Assembly: GCA_951406725.2 (NCBI GenBank)
Contig: OX597821.1
Location: 64,170,001 to 64,234,000, forward strand
Source: Octopus vulgaris
Lineage: Eukaryota
Reading direction: 5' to 3'
DNA: 64,000 nt
Shown here: piece by piece, positions 12,691 through 26,320 of the stretch
Position numbering within the stretch: the first letter of the stretch is position 1
How the letters are laid out: each line of letters starts with the position of its first letter
Notes under the pieces: generated by a model
Told to the model about the DNA's origin: nothing
Seen by the model: the letters and a program-made list of their open reading frames with translations, nothing else
The model's database searches: none
Program-made: the position numbers and the translations under genes

Positions 12691-13414
12691 CATCTAACTA
12701 AGAATCTGCACTTCGGAAATACTACAGAAATGTACCTTTATAAAAAGTGCATGCCTGAATTACCAAGAGCTGATAACTTCGCTTAGCTGGGTTGCGTTGT
12801 CTGCACACACGGTACGAATAACAGGTACAAACAACCTTGATATTGTTTGGGTGTGCGGATTATACCGACCTAACAAGGTGCCTCGATTTAAGTACCTAAT
12901 TCAACGGAATCTTAATTATAATATATAAAGAGAGAGAAAGAGATATGTATGTAATATTGACGCCATAAGAATTTATAACCTTCAACAGAATGTGAAATAA
13001 TTCTGTTGTGGAACTAGATTTTGAAGCACATATAAAGCTATATGAATAATAGCATTTAAATATACAGTACCAGGATCAAAAGTATCTTCGTCTGCTTGTG
13101 TCATTCATCTTTTCCTCTATCTTGTTCTGCTATCGGACACAACACCTGCGGTTATAGTCAACTTGTTTTGTGAATTTTTCCGGCAGCAGATGGTTTCGAT
13201 TTTTGCTTTTCATAAAGTTAACACGCTGCCTTGGCATGTGTTTAATTGTCTGCTGGAGAACACTCAACTTTTCTTTTCTCCCGTTAAAGCAAAACGGGGT
13301 GTCAGGTTAATTCTCCGAAGCCCGAAGCCACTTCGATCCTACGTTGCAGAATCCTTAGCTAATTCATCGTATGTTTTTTGCTATATATTCATATTTATCT
13401 CTCTCTTTTTTTTT

Positions 13415-13800
13415 TTTTGACTTGTTTCAGTCATGCTGGAGCACCGCTTTTAATCGAGCAAATCGACCCCGGGACTTATTCTTTGTAAGCCCAGTACTTA
13501 TTCTATCGGTTTCTTTTGCCGAACCGCTAAGTTACGGGGACATAAACACACCAGCATCGGTTGTCAAGCAATGCTAGGGGGACAAACACAGACACACAAA
13601 CACACTCACATGCATATATATATATACATATATACGACGGGCTTCTTTCAGTTTCCGTCTACCAAATCCACTCACAAGACTTTGGTCGGCCCGAGGCTAT
13701 AGTAGAAAACACTTGCCCCAGGGGCCACGCAGTGGGACTGAACCCGGAACCATGTGGTTGGTAAACAAGCTACTTACCACACAGCCACTCTTGCGCCTAT
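13415..13800 (-). mobile_element. tRNA-headed SINE family A, near full length
   Basis: Minus strand: A box TGGCTGTGTGG, B box GGTTCAGTCCC, internal TA/TG microsatellite, tail ...ctccagcatgactgaaacaag. Other copies at about 27110-27495, 30285-30680, 33205-33595, 36420-36805, 40750-41160, 53395-53770 and 62845-63245. Confidence 0.9.
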
Positions 13801-14369
13801 CTATTTATTTATTTATTTTATTGAAGCTTTATTATTCGTCTCCAACATTCGCTTATCGTTTCTGAAATTCGAATAAATTTTACTTCAATTCAGGCTTATT
13901 GACAATGGAATGCCATATGTCAAAAGTAGAAAAAGACGGACGAATATATCTGACAACCCATGTGTGCGTGCGTGCGAGCGTGCGTGTGAAGGAGTGTTTG
14001 TGAGTCTATGTGTGTCGCCAGGTTAATTAGTCTCTAATACAATTTGTTATCTGCATCCAACTGAGAACGCCCCCAGATTATTAAATGGTATTTGAAACAA
14101 GGTATGGCACTGGCGTTAAGGGATGCAAACTTTATCTTTCTGGCGATATTAAAGTGAGAAGAAACCGATAATGAGAATGAAGTGTCGAAAAAAAAAGAAA
14201 AAAAAAGAAGCCAAATACAGAAAGTACTGAGATAAAAGTTTTACATTTGCAAAATTATTTTGTTTTGGCTTTCTCCGGCACTATCTTATATTCGATCGAA
14301 AATATTAAGAGAATATTTCTCGAAAGAGAAAAAGGAGGACAATCCTTAAATTTGTGCATATAGAATATA

Positions 14370-14593
14370 CGAAGTGGAGGTGGGTACAAAAAAGGTTTTG
14401 GCTTTAAGAGTAACGCAGAAGGCCTGGTTGAATGCCCACCTTCCGAGCTCATTTACAGGGCTTAGAAAAACTGAAAGATCGCTACAATAAATGTATGCAT
14501 CTGAGAGGGAGAATATGTTGAATAAAATACTTAACTGATCCTCCTGTATTTTCTTTTACCCAAAGCCAGGAACTTTTCAGCACCCCTCCCTCG
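14370..14593. mobile_element. Mariner-type MITE
   Basis: TA|CGA...aaagccaggaacttttcagcaccc...TCG|TA; same family as 52729-52928, with a partial copy near 38360-38460. Confidence 0.7.
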
Positions 14594-16376
14594 TAGATGG
14601 TTATATATATTTCTTTACTACCCACAAGGGGCTATAACACAAGTTAACAAAAATTATCAAAAGTTAGCATATCTGATAAATTATCTAAAGCATCTGTATG
14701 GTGATGAGAGCAGTTTATGTGGATAACTTTATATTAAGGGGTGGAAGGTAAAATTTCCTGTAATTTAGACCCAGCAGACAAAATGGAAAAGGCGTTGCTA
14801 CGGAAGTTGGCGAGGGAGATGCGGTGCTGAAACAGCTACTCTGACTCACGGGACTCACACTTGCGGACAGCTATCTCCGCCCTGATAACGGTGAGCAATG
14901 ATATGGTCCGGTGGCTGAGAATGCCGTAAGTCTTCACTGCAACAGGCTCGACTATAAACCTGTCAGAGAACGACCGATACATTGACAGTTCGCCTTTCTC
15001 AGTCTAATGAGTAGCAGAGCCTGAGGTGGTGGCTGAACACACCAAGGTGTCGCTGGAGAAGGTATCACAGAATGACTTCTTCCGAAGTATGTCCCCGTCC
15101 TTCATCTTGAGAGCGATTAGGCAGATTGAAAAGAAGCGGCCACGGGGATAAGATTCGTTTATCAAAATGGTTTATTTATTAAAAAAAAAAAAAAAAGCGG
15201 GGATAAAATCACATTACCAACAACAAAACACACACAATAACAACGGCTGAACACAAACGTTCAAAAGGCATTCAACAATAAAACTTTCAGATTTTAAACA
15301 ACCACTTTCAAAGGATTGTTGGTGACCTGGAAGTGTCGTTGACACGCCGGACAAAATGATTCGTTGATTTTCGTCCATATTTACACTGTGACTACAAATT
15401 CAAATTCACTGTGGTCGACTTTGCCTTTCATCCTTTCCAGGTAAATAAATGAATAAATAGATAAATAAATACCAGTTGATCACTGGGAATTGATATAACC
15501 AACTAGCTCCCTCCCATAAAAATTGCAGGCCTTGTGCTTGTAATAGATAGGATTATTATCATTGTTGATTTTAAATTTTGGCACAAGGCCAGTAATTTCG
15601 GGGTAAGGGGCAATTTGATTTCATCCACCCTAGTGTTCAACTTGCACTTATTTTATCGTTGCCGATGGGATGAAAGGCAATGTCGACCTCAGCGGAATTT
15701 GAAATCAGAACGTAAAGACGGACAAAATGCCGCTAAGCATTTTGCTCGGCGTGCTAAAGATTTAGGCAGTTCGCTGCCATAAAGACTATTATGAATAATA
15801 AGACGGTGAGGGCGACGAACCGGCAGAATCTTTAGGACGCCAGCCAAAATGCTCAACGGCATTTTATCCATCTTTACGTTCTGAGCCCATAATCCACCGA
15901 GGTCGACTTTGCCTTTCATCTTTCCAGGGCCGACAAAATAAATACCAGTTGAACACTGGTTCGATGTAATCGACACAACCCTTCTTTCCCGAAGGTACAG
16001 GCATTGTGCCAAAATTTGAAACCAATTATGTGTCGTATTTCCAATGCACTTATTTACGTCTCTGTATTATTTTGAACGACTTCTTCGCATTGATAATTTA
16101 TTTCCATTTATCACTTGTTTTGGATTCATTACGATCAAAGCATTCTTGGTTATAGAATTAATGACACTTGAAACATAATCTTTATTTATCTTTGTCATAT
16201 AGCCGGAACCATTATCGTCACCATACTACAAAACGAGACCTAGCGCAAAACACTTCGAGAACCACTCCCAACAAAGATTCGTCACCTACTCGAACTTTTG
16301 AAAGAACAAACACGTGCCATTCTCCATTTGAACTGAAAACAAATCTAACATTATACGAACTCGCCCTAAGATATAA

Positions 16377-16415
<39 letters not shown>

Positions 16416-17299
16416 GACAAACTTGTGAATTCTGATTTCAATACTGACGAAATTAACCGACGCTTATGTATCTCTGTCTGCGTACGTGTGTGTGTGTGTG
16501 TGTGTGTGTGTATTTTTGATAAGTGCCAATTCGCGAAACTCTCGGCCCTTCAGTCACTCTGCTACTTCTCCTAAATGTTAAGAAAAATGTGGTTGTGTGG
16601 TAAGAAGCTTGCTTCCCATTCACATGACTCCGAGTTCAGTCCCACTGCGTGGCACCTTGGGCGAGTGTATTCTACTATAGCCTCGTCCCCCGTAACCTAG
16701 CGGTTTGGCAAAAGTGGCTGATAGAATAAGTACTAGGCTTACGAAGAATAAGTCTTGGGGGTCGATTTGTTCGACTAAAAGTGGTGCTCCAGCATGGCCA
16801 GAGTCAAATGAGAGAAACAAGTCAAAGAATAAAAAAATACTCTTATTCTAAGTTCTATTTTTTACCTGTTTGCATCAACATACCTGTGCTCGCGCATGCG
16901 CAGCGTGTATGAATGTGTGCGTATGTGTGTGTGTGCGCGCGTATATGCGTGTGTGTGTGCATGTGTGTGTATGTATATGTGTGACTATGTATGTGCGTGC
17001 GTGTGTATGTATGTGCGTGCGTGTGTGTGCGTAAGTAAATATATGTACATACATAAATATGATCCTTTTATCTTTTTACTTATTTCTGTCATAAGACTGT
17101 GGCCATGCTGGAGCACCGCCTCGAAGAATTTTAGTCAAATGAATTGAATCGACCGCCAGTACATTGTATGAAAGCCTGGTATCTATTCAATCGATCACCT
17201 TTGCAAAACTGTTACGTTTTGGGGACGTAAAGACATCAGCACCTATTGTCGAAGCAGTAGTGAGAGACAATTGCAGACACGGAGACGCCGCAAAAGGAT

Positions 17300-17395
<96 letters not shown>

Positions 17396-17605
17396 TCAAT
17401 AATAATATAGGGTGAAATCAATTAATTTGGAATAATCATTAATTTCACCAAGTAGATTTCGGCATGTAAAAGCCCCATTCAAGGAAGGTTTAAGTAATAC
17501 TAAGTAATTAAGGGTTTAGCAACGATTTGCCTCATCACACACCGAATTTAGAAATAGCAGTGAAAGAGTTATGGCTATTCTTTCTACTAAACCCTTAATT
17601 ACTTA

Positions 17606-17660
<55 letters not shown>

Positions 17661-17790
17661 GTAGAAAAATACAACATGGACAAGAACGTATAACTCTTAG
17701 AAGACGACACAATAAACACGGACAGGACATTCGAAACCCTCAGTCTTCAGTCAAGAACCGGATCATCGTAGTAATTTCGGCTGATTAATC

Positions 17791-17863
<73 letters not shown>

Positions 17864-18032
17864 CAAGCACTAACCGCAGTGAATTATTTACTGCAGTCCT
17901 TCGCTTCAGGAATTTCTTAGCGCGCCAGAACCAAGACATTTGAAATCTTATCCCTAATGTAATCGGTAAAACTAAGCACGTGTCTGTCTTGGCACAGAAG
18001 GCTGGGGTTAGTTTTTCAGATTACATTGAACG

Positions 18033-18109
18033 AATGCACTGATGAAGCCACGGACTTTTGAATTATGTAAGTAATTCTCTTGTTAAAGGCCGAAACCGAG
18101 GTATGCATT
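18033..18109 (+). ncRNA. Type I hammerhead ribozyme motif inside a (TA)n-flanked insert
   Basis: Stem I aatgca/tgcatt (6 bp); CTGATGA 18039-18045; stem II base gcc/ggc with an A.C first pair and a long loop; GAAA-CCGAG-GTA with stem III ACC/GGT. Confidence 0.65.
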
Positions 18110-18374
18110 TAATTCTGTTTTTTATATAAATTTTAATGTCCTGCCCGCCAAATTTGGTTCTGGTGTTCGCTGAATTTTTCCTCTAGAGAATTTCCTTTGT
18201 AGTTTGATCGTTGATGATCTATTTCTAGCCTACGGCCGACTACCTTGCAGTTTGCCCTGCCAAAATACACATATATTAGAATTTTCTCTGACTTCTTAGA
18301 TTTTTTGTATGCTGGACTACCGGTTTTAAATTGATATCAAAATTAATATTAATTTATCTCCCTCATTATTTAAA

Positions 18375-18697
<323 letters not shown>

Positions 18698-18919
18698 CGA
18701 TAGGCTTCTCTCAGTTTCCGTCTACCAAATCCTCCACTCTCAACGGTTCGACGGGCTCGAAGCTATAGTGGCAGACACTTGCTCAAGGTGTCACACATTG
18801 GGTTTGAACCCGGAACCATGTTGTCGAGATGCAAATTTCTTACTACACTACATATATACATACGTATGTTTGTGTCAATATACATACATACATACACACA
18901 CACACATACATACATACTT

Positions 18920-18950
<31 letters not shown>

Positions 18951-19266
18951 GGCGCGTGGCTTAGTGATTAGGGCATTTGGTTCACGATAGTAATGTCATA
19001 AGTTCAATTCCAGGCGACACGTTGTGTTCTTGAGCAAGACACTATATTTCACGTTGCTCCAATCCACTCAGCTGGCAAAAATTAGTAGTATCTGTATTTC
19101 AAAGGGCCAGCCTTGTCACACTCTGTGTCACGCTGAATCTCTCTGAGAACTACGTTAAGTGTACACGTATCTGCGGAGTGCTCAGCCACTTGCATGTTAA
19201 TTTCACGAGTTAGCTGTTCCGTTGATCGTATCAGCTGGGACCCTTGTCGTCGTAACCGATGGAGTG

Positions 19267-19332
<66 letters not shown>

Positions 19333-19334
19333 AG

Positions 19335-19745
19335 TTCAACAACAATTGAGGAACGGTCTCAATAGGCCATTCGACCCACTAGAAAGAGCAGCCAGGACTC
19401 AAACCACCAAGTAGTAGTAATTCAGAACTTAAAGGAAAATTTTAAAACATTTACCCTATTCATCTTTAGACAATGCATTGTTTCGACGTTTTTAATGGCA
19501 AACCAGCCTAATTAAATTAAATTAAACTTAATCAAGACTTGATTAAGTTTAATTTAATTTAATTTAGTTAGGCTGGTTTGCCATTAAAAACGTCGAAACA
19601 ATGCATTGTCTAAAGATGAATAGGGTAAATGTTTTTTAATTTTCCTTTAATTTCTGAATTACTACTACTTGGCGGTTTGAGTCCTGGCTGCTCTTTCTAG
19701 TGGGTCGAATGGCCTATTGAGGCCGTTCCTCAATTGTTATTGAAT
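19335..19745. repeat. ~410-bp near-perfect palindrome
   Basis: Arms are reverse-complementary about aatcaag-a-cttgatt (~19537); each arm carries GAAACAATGCATTGTC. Confidence 0.93.
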
Positions 19746-19890
19746 TTATATATATAGTCTCTGACTATTTTCTCTTACTCACTAGACCGCTGGCGGCGAA
19801 AAATTCTATTGAATTTTTTGCTACCCTATATTGATTAATTATATATATATATGTGTGTGTGTACTTTTATTCAAGCTGGAAAATTGTTAC

Positions 19891-19987
19891 AAAACTGTTA
19901 CTCAGAGTTTCACGTTCTCGATCGGCAGACATTTTTTCAGACAACTGACCGACGAACGGGAACGTGAAACTCTAAGTAACAGTTTTG
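19891..19987. ncRNA. Pair of inverted degenerate hammerhead motifs
   Basis: Plus: aactga-CCGACGA-acg ggaa cgt-GAAA-ctctaa-GTA-acagtt. Minus: gt-CTGCCGA-tcgagaacgt-GAAA-ctctga-GTA-acagtt. Confidence 0.6.
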
Positions 19988-20108
19988 TTTGCAGCTTTTA
20001 TAAAAGCATATTACTCTGTCTTCGGTATTCGAGTACTATTTTTTTCCACCTTGTTTCGTACGGATGTGCTCAAATATATGTGTATACATATATACATGCA
20101 TACATACA

Positions 20109-20139
<31 letters not shown>

Positions 20140-20642
20140 CTCAATTTGAATATTGGATCTCGGGGCACATAAAGTTATAAGTAAAAGCATGAAAACCCGT
20201 TTTGAAAGTGCTTTGAGATCCTCTGTTCCAAAAAAAGAAAGATTTCACGTTCCCTCGAAATTATAAATCCCTGACATAACAATATATGTGTGTATGTATG
20301 TATGTATGTGTGTATGTGTGTGTGTGTGTGTGTGTGTACGTGCGGGGGTGCGTGTGCACTGAATAATATGCTATGATGCCGAGTACTTTACCAGATAATT
20401 TTGATCGTTCAGATTAACATTCCATTTCTATACCAAATTGCGTCATAACTATGATCCCTGCAGGGATAAACTAGTTTGTTATTAGTATGAATCGTACATT
20501 ATTAGAATTAAAACCAAATCAATTAATAATATTTCTTATACATTTAATACTTACGTTTCAAGTGGTTATGTAAAAATTTGTCACGTAGGCTATATTCTTT
20601 TCAGTCGATTGCAATCGAAATATCATTAATTGGCTTTATGAT

Positions 20643-20676
<34 letters not shown>

Positions 20677-21185
20677 GTATGTATGTATGTATACACACAC
20701 ACACACACACACACACACATGTGGAGGAGAGCCCTGTGTGCAAACTAAAAGGGAGGATTAGAAGAGAATGTGTATGTGCGTGTGTGTGTGTGTGTGTGTG
20801 CATGGCTCAAATATACTTACCTATGTATAGACAGAAGCATACATACCAACCTACATAGAATCAAACACCACTAAAAATTCATTCATTCTTTTCTGCTCTG
20901 GGCACAAGGCCCGAAATTCTTGGGGAGGTGGGGGCAGTCGATTAGATCGACCCCAGTACGCAATTGGTATTTAATTTATCGACCCCGAAAGGATGAAAAG
21001 CAAAGTCGACTTCGGCGAAATTTGAAGTCAGAACGTAAAGACAGACGAAATGCCGCTAAGCATTTCGCCCGGCGTGCTAATGTTTCTGCCAGCTTCGCTG
21101 CTTTGAGGACCCAAAATATTATTTTCTACATTAGGCGCAAGGCCCGAAATTTTGGGGGAGGTAGCAGTCGAATAGATCGACTCCA

Positions 21186-21255
<70 letters not shown>

Positions 21256-21439
21256 ATGTATTACGTATTGAACTCACTCTCCCATACAATGTTACCTCTC
21301 GTAACTCTCTCTCTCACATATTCACTACTTCTCTTACTTCATTCTCTCTTAACCGCCTGCATTCTTTCCAATGTTTTTATCGGTGTCATTTTGAAAAAAA
21401 ATAAGAAAAGAAAAAAGAAAGCAAAAACAGTGCTGTCAA

Positions 21440-21890
21440 AATTACAATTACACCATACTCGCTAAACACTTAAAGTGCGATTTTTATGTTATTGAATTGC
21501 TCTAAACGAATTTGACCGTAAAAATGTTGGAAATTTAGTATTTTGTAAGACATTAATAAAATTTGTGGGACCTATTTTCATGCCATCGGCTGTCGGAGCT
21601 TTTCTTTTGTCTGTTTACATCGTTGCGTGTAGGAATATGTTATTTGAATGTGCTGTCGTCTGATATTTCACGCACGCGTAGAATTCTGAAATAGCAGGCG
21701 TAAAATGTATGAAAATGCCGGAAACTTTACGCATTCGACTGCATGAAAATAGGTTCGACTAATTTTATTATTAACTTTAAAAAATACTAAATTTACAACA
21801 TTTTAATGGCCAAATTCGTTTAGAGCAATTCGACAACATAAAAATCGCACTTTAAAATAGTGTTTAGCCAGAGTCGTGTAATTGTAAATA
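21440..21890. repeat. ~150-bp imperfect inverted repeat upstream of the Helitron ORF
   Basis: 21440-21590 is reverse-complementary to 21735-21890 (e.g. taaagtgcgatttttatgtt / aacataaaaatcgcacttta). Confidence 0.85.
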
Positions 21891-22026
21891 AATACCCAAG
21901 GTAAATATTTACAATTAATACAGTGAAAACTTATCGTTCAGAGATATTAGCTCAAATACTAGCTGAATCGTCTCAAAACTTTCACTGTATCATTGTAATA
22001 AATATTCAGGCTTTCAAAAGTACACT

Positions 22027-23855
22027 ATGCCTAGAAATAGAAAGGGCAACAACCTGTCCCGAAAAATTACCCGTTCACAAAAGATTACTGAGCAAAGACA
22101 ACAAACATTAATTGAAGAAAACAGACAAGGACCTAACTCTTCGCAGTGTCACGAAATAAAGCGAAGGAGAATGCAAGAAACCCGTGCAAGGGAAACAGCA
22201 GAAGAAACAGAGACACAGAGAAATGCAGATCGGCTGAGGAGACAAGAAACCCGTGGAATGGAAAGATCAGAAGATTCAGAAGCACGGAGGAATGAGAATC
22301 GGATGACAACACAGGATACCTGTGCAATGGAAAGACCAGGAAAAAGAGAAGTACGGAAGAATGTGAATCGGATGACAATACAGGATACCTGTGCAATGGA
22401 AAGACCAGGAAAAAGAGAAGTACGGAAGAATGTGAATCGGCTGAGAACACAGAAAAGCCGTGCAATGGAAACACCAAAAGAAACAGAAGCACGGGCAATT
22501 ACTGATCGGCTGAGAAAACAGGACTCTAGGGAAAACACGTCGCTGCCACAAATTCAGCAGCGACAAGCAAATAACCAGGCATGATACCAGTCAAGACTTC
22601 CTCAGCAAAATACTGACACTGAGAGAATGGCTATAAAAGTCGATGTGGCAGATTTTCATGAGAAAGAACGAAACCCAAGCGTTATGTTGCACTACTGTAG
22701 AAACATTGTAAACAGAACATGCCCTGACTGAAAGCTTATCTTTGGGGTGTTGAGAAAACTATCCTTTGCTGTGGTAAAGGAAAAATTTTGCAATGACAAG
22801 GTTCCACAGATAAAAATAGTCCCCAGAATTAATAGCTAAGTTCTATGATGTTAATCTATGCAGTCAAATGTTTCTGAACAAAATTCGTGACTACAATAAC
22901 TTATTGGCTATGACTTCACTTGGACTGGATAACCCACCAGATGGACCACAGGGTGGTAGCATTTTTTTAAGATACAAGGAAACTTGTATCAACACATAGG
23001 AAATCTCCTACCAGCAGTAAATAGGAAGCCATTCTACGCACAGCTATATTTCGTTGACCCTGAAATTGAGATGAGAAACAGGTTGTCATTCAGAGGAGCT
23101 AACAATGACCTTAATGAGAACATCCTGCTAGATTTGCAGAGAGTACGGCATTTGCACAATTCATATATCAACAGTTTTAAACAGGCTATTGGTATAATCA
23201 AGGAATACTCTACACCAGGAAAATGTTCTACCGGTGATATTAATTTAAGTAATGACAAACGGCTTATTCCTGCTGTGATCATGGTGGGAGACGATACCAA
23301 TGATCCAAACATTAAACCCGTGGATGTTGTTGTGCAGTACAGAGAGAGCAATAAGAAGTTAGACTACATTAGTCAAATCCACAGAAGCTACGACCCTCTT
23401 CGTTATGTATTTCTGTTTCCCTATGGGGAAGATGGCAGGAATGTACTCTTGAAAGACAATTACCGAAGCAAAAATATCACTGAATGTGACTTTTATTCTT
23501 ATCGGCTTCAGGTAAGAAAGGACGAGTTCAATGGCATAATGAAAAGTAGACATCTGATGTAAGAATATATAGTAGATCAATATGCAAAGATAGAGCAAGA
23601 TCGATTATACTTCCTGAGAACTCATCAGAAACAGGTTAAGCCTGAAAAGTACGAGGGTCTTCTGAATGTTATTGCAAAAGGTGACATGAATGATGTAGGG
23701 TCTAAAATCATTCTTCTGCCACCACATACTGGTTCTCCTCGGTTTTACAAGGAGTGTTACCAAGCTAGAATGGTTCTGGTGCGAGAGTTTGGAAAACCAG
23801 ACTACTTAATCACTATGATAACCAACCCAAAGAGGAGTGAGATGACGGAAACCCT
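22027..23855 (+). mobile_element. Helitron RepHel transposase, decayed 5' part
   Basis: Charged 20-aa N-terminal repeats, CPD*K...CCGKGKI zinc finger, KIRDYNNLLAMTSLG, YQHIGNLLP...PFYAQLYFVD, HRSYDPLRYVFLFPYGE, FYSYRLQVR, EYIVDQYAKIEQDRLYFLR, GSPRFYKECYQ...GKPDYLITMITNP (Rep motif 1 region). Contains stops and frameshifts and is truncated before the HUH motif and the helicase. Confidence 0.92.
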
Positions 23856-24121
23856 GTTTGGTTCTGGGAACAATGAACATATATTGGTTTTGTTTTGGGG
23901 AACAATTTGCATATATTGCCTTTGGTTTTGGGAAAAATGTGCATTTATTGGCTTTGGACTCAGGTATAAGGGGTATGAAAGGAATCTACACTGATAACGT
24001 TGTCTATAAGGAAATTCTTAAAGAAAATTGTAGTAAGTTTCACTTTTTACTTTCAAACTATGAACAAGAGTTTAGATATGAACTAGCTGAATCGGGGGCC
24101 GGAGGGCGGTGATTCGGCTAG

Positions 24122-24143
24122 TAATAATAACAATAACAACAAC

Positions 24144-24190
<47 letters not shown>

Positions 24191-24203
24191 CAACAACAAC
24201 AAC

Positions 24204-24283
<80 letters not shown>
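24122..24283. repeat. (AAT)n/(AAC)n microsatellite
   Basis: Directly visible. Confidence 0.97.
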
Positions 24284-24284
<1 letters not shown>

Positions 24285-24289
24285 CTCTG

Positions 24290-25250
24290 TAATAAAAGCA
24301 CAAGACTGAAATTTTGTTGGGAGGGGATAATTCTGCCAGCTCGCTGCCTTAGTGTTAAAGACTTCGAATTTTTGTACAAGGCCAGCAATTTCGGGGGTGG
24401 GGGTTAGTCGATTATATTGACCCCTAGTTCTCGACTGGTACTTTTTTCATTCGACCCCGAAAGGGATAAAAGGCAAAAAATCGACCTCGACGGAATTTGA
24501 GCTCAGAACACGAAGACGGATGGAATGATGCTAAGCATTTTTGTCCGGCATGCTTAACGATTTTTGCACCACGAATAAAAAGTACCATTGGTTTTAAATT
24601 TTTGGCACAAGGCCCGAAATTTCGGAGGAGGGGTAAAGTCAATTACATCGATTCCAGTGCTTAACTGGTACTTATTTTATCGTTCCCGACAGGATGAAAT
24701 GCAAAGTGGACCTCGGTGGAATTTGAGCGCAGGAGCATTTTGTCCGGTGTATTTAACAATTCTTTCATCGCGCTTTGCCTTACGAATGAAAAGTAATATT
24801 TATTTCTATATTGCCACAGGAAGCTAAACATAGAGGGGGCAAACAAGGAGAGACAAAGGTATTAAGTTGATAATATCGACCCTAGTGCGTAACTGATACT
24901 TATTTAATCGACCCCGAAAGGATGAAAGGCAAAGTAGACCAAGGCGGAATTTGAAATCAGAACGTAAAGACAGATAAACTACTGCTAAGAACTTCACTCG
25001 GCGTGCTAACGTTTCTTATTTCTTTACTGCCCACAAGGGGCTACACATTGAAGGGACAAACAAGGACAGACAAACAGATTAAGTCTATTATATCGACTCC
25101 AGTGCGTAACTGGTACTTAATTTAATCGACCCCGAAAGGATGAAAGGCAAAGTCGACCTCGGCGGAATTTGAGCTCAGAACGTAGCGGCAGACGAAATAC
25201 TGCTAAGTATTTCGCCCTGAGTGCTAACGTTTCTGCCAGCTCGCCGCCTT
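24290..25250 (-). mobile_element. Cluster of SINE family B copies
   Basis: Four to five tandem or nested partial units with the same core as 3410-4555; further copies at 15600-16020, 20885-21185, 35630-35850, 39360-39775, 44115-44555 and 61905-62115. Confidence 0.85.
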
Positions 25251-25826
25251 AATGAAAAGTAATATTAAGAGTGGGATGATTGTTACTATGTTAGAATAAC
25301 TTTGATCATAGCGGTCTTCTTAATCAGAACTGACTTGCAGCTAAACAGCAGCAACAACGACAGTGGAGGGCAGCGGACTCATGGTCGTAAGAACGCGGTT
25401 TCGATTGCCAGATCGGACATTGTGAGTGTTTACTGAGCAAAAACACATAAACTCCACGAGGTTCCGACAGGAGAGGGGGTTGAACCCCGCTGTACTCTTT
25501 CACCACAACTTTTTCTCACTCTTTCTTCCTACTTCTGCCACAAAGCAGAGGAACCATGGTGTAGCTTTCAGACCATAATCTAGATTGTGTGGTAAACCTT
25601 CAGACCCTTGTCTAGATTGCGAATCGTCTGTACCCCAGGACGATTTAACTCTCCCCCCGTTAAAAGCCACCGTTTACGGAATGAGGATAACAACGTAACT
25701 TTCGTGCAACCGCCAGTCTACCGCGTGTGGAGGGTGATCTTCAAGTTGCCACACGCATTCTTAGTAGCTTAGAAGTAGGCTCGAATTAGAGATTATTCTT
25801 TGTGGCTAATGGCGTGAGTCCTGATT

Positions 25827-25861
25827 GGAAGAAGAAGAAGAAGAAGAAGAAGAAGAAGAAG

Positions 25862-25893
<32 letters not shown>

Positions 25894-26320
25894 GAAGAAG
25901 AAGAAGAAGAAGAAGAAGGGGAAGAAGAAGAAGAAGAAGAAGAAGAAGAAGAAGAAGAAGAAGGAGAAGGGGAAGAAGAAGAAGAAGAAGGAGAAGGGGA
26001 AGAAGAAGAAGAAGAAGAAGAAGAAGAAGAAGAAGAAGAAGAAGAAGAAGAAGGAGAAGGGGAAGAAGAAGAAGAAGAAGAAGAAGGAGAAGGGGAAGAA
26101 GAAGAAGGAGAAGAAGAAGAAGGAGAAGAAGAAGAAGGAGAAGAAGAAGAAGAAGAAGAAGAAGAAGAAGAAGAAGAAAAAGAAGATGAAGATGATGATG
26201 ATGACGGGAAGAAGAAGAAGATGATGAAGGAAATAAGAAGAAGATGATGATGAAAGAAATAAGAAGAAGATGATGATGAAAGGAATAAGAAGAAGATGAT
26301 GATGAAGGGAAGAAGAAGAA
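25827..26320. repeat. (GAA)n polypurine tract with GGA/GGG variants, grading into GAT repeats
   Basis: Directly visible; about 350 bp almost entirely purine on the plus strand. Confidence 0.97.

Noticed and set aside
17725-17795. Minus-strand CTGAAGA/GAAA motifs in a TA-flanked insert
   Set aside because: Could not build consistent stems I-III.
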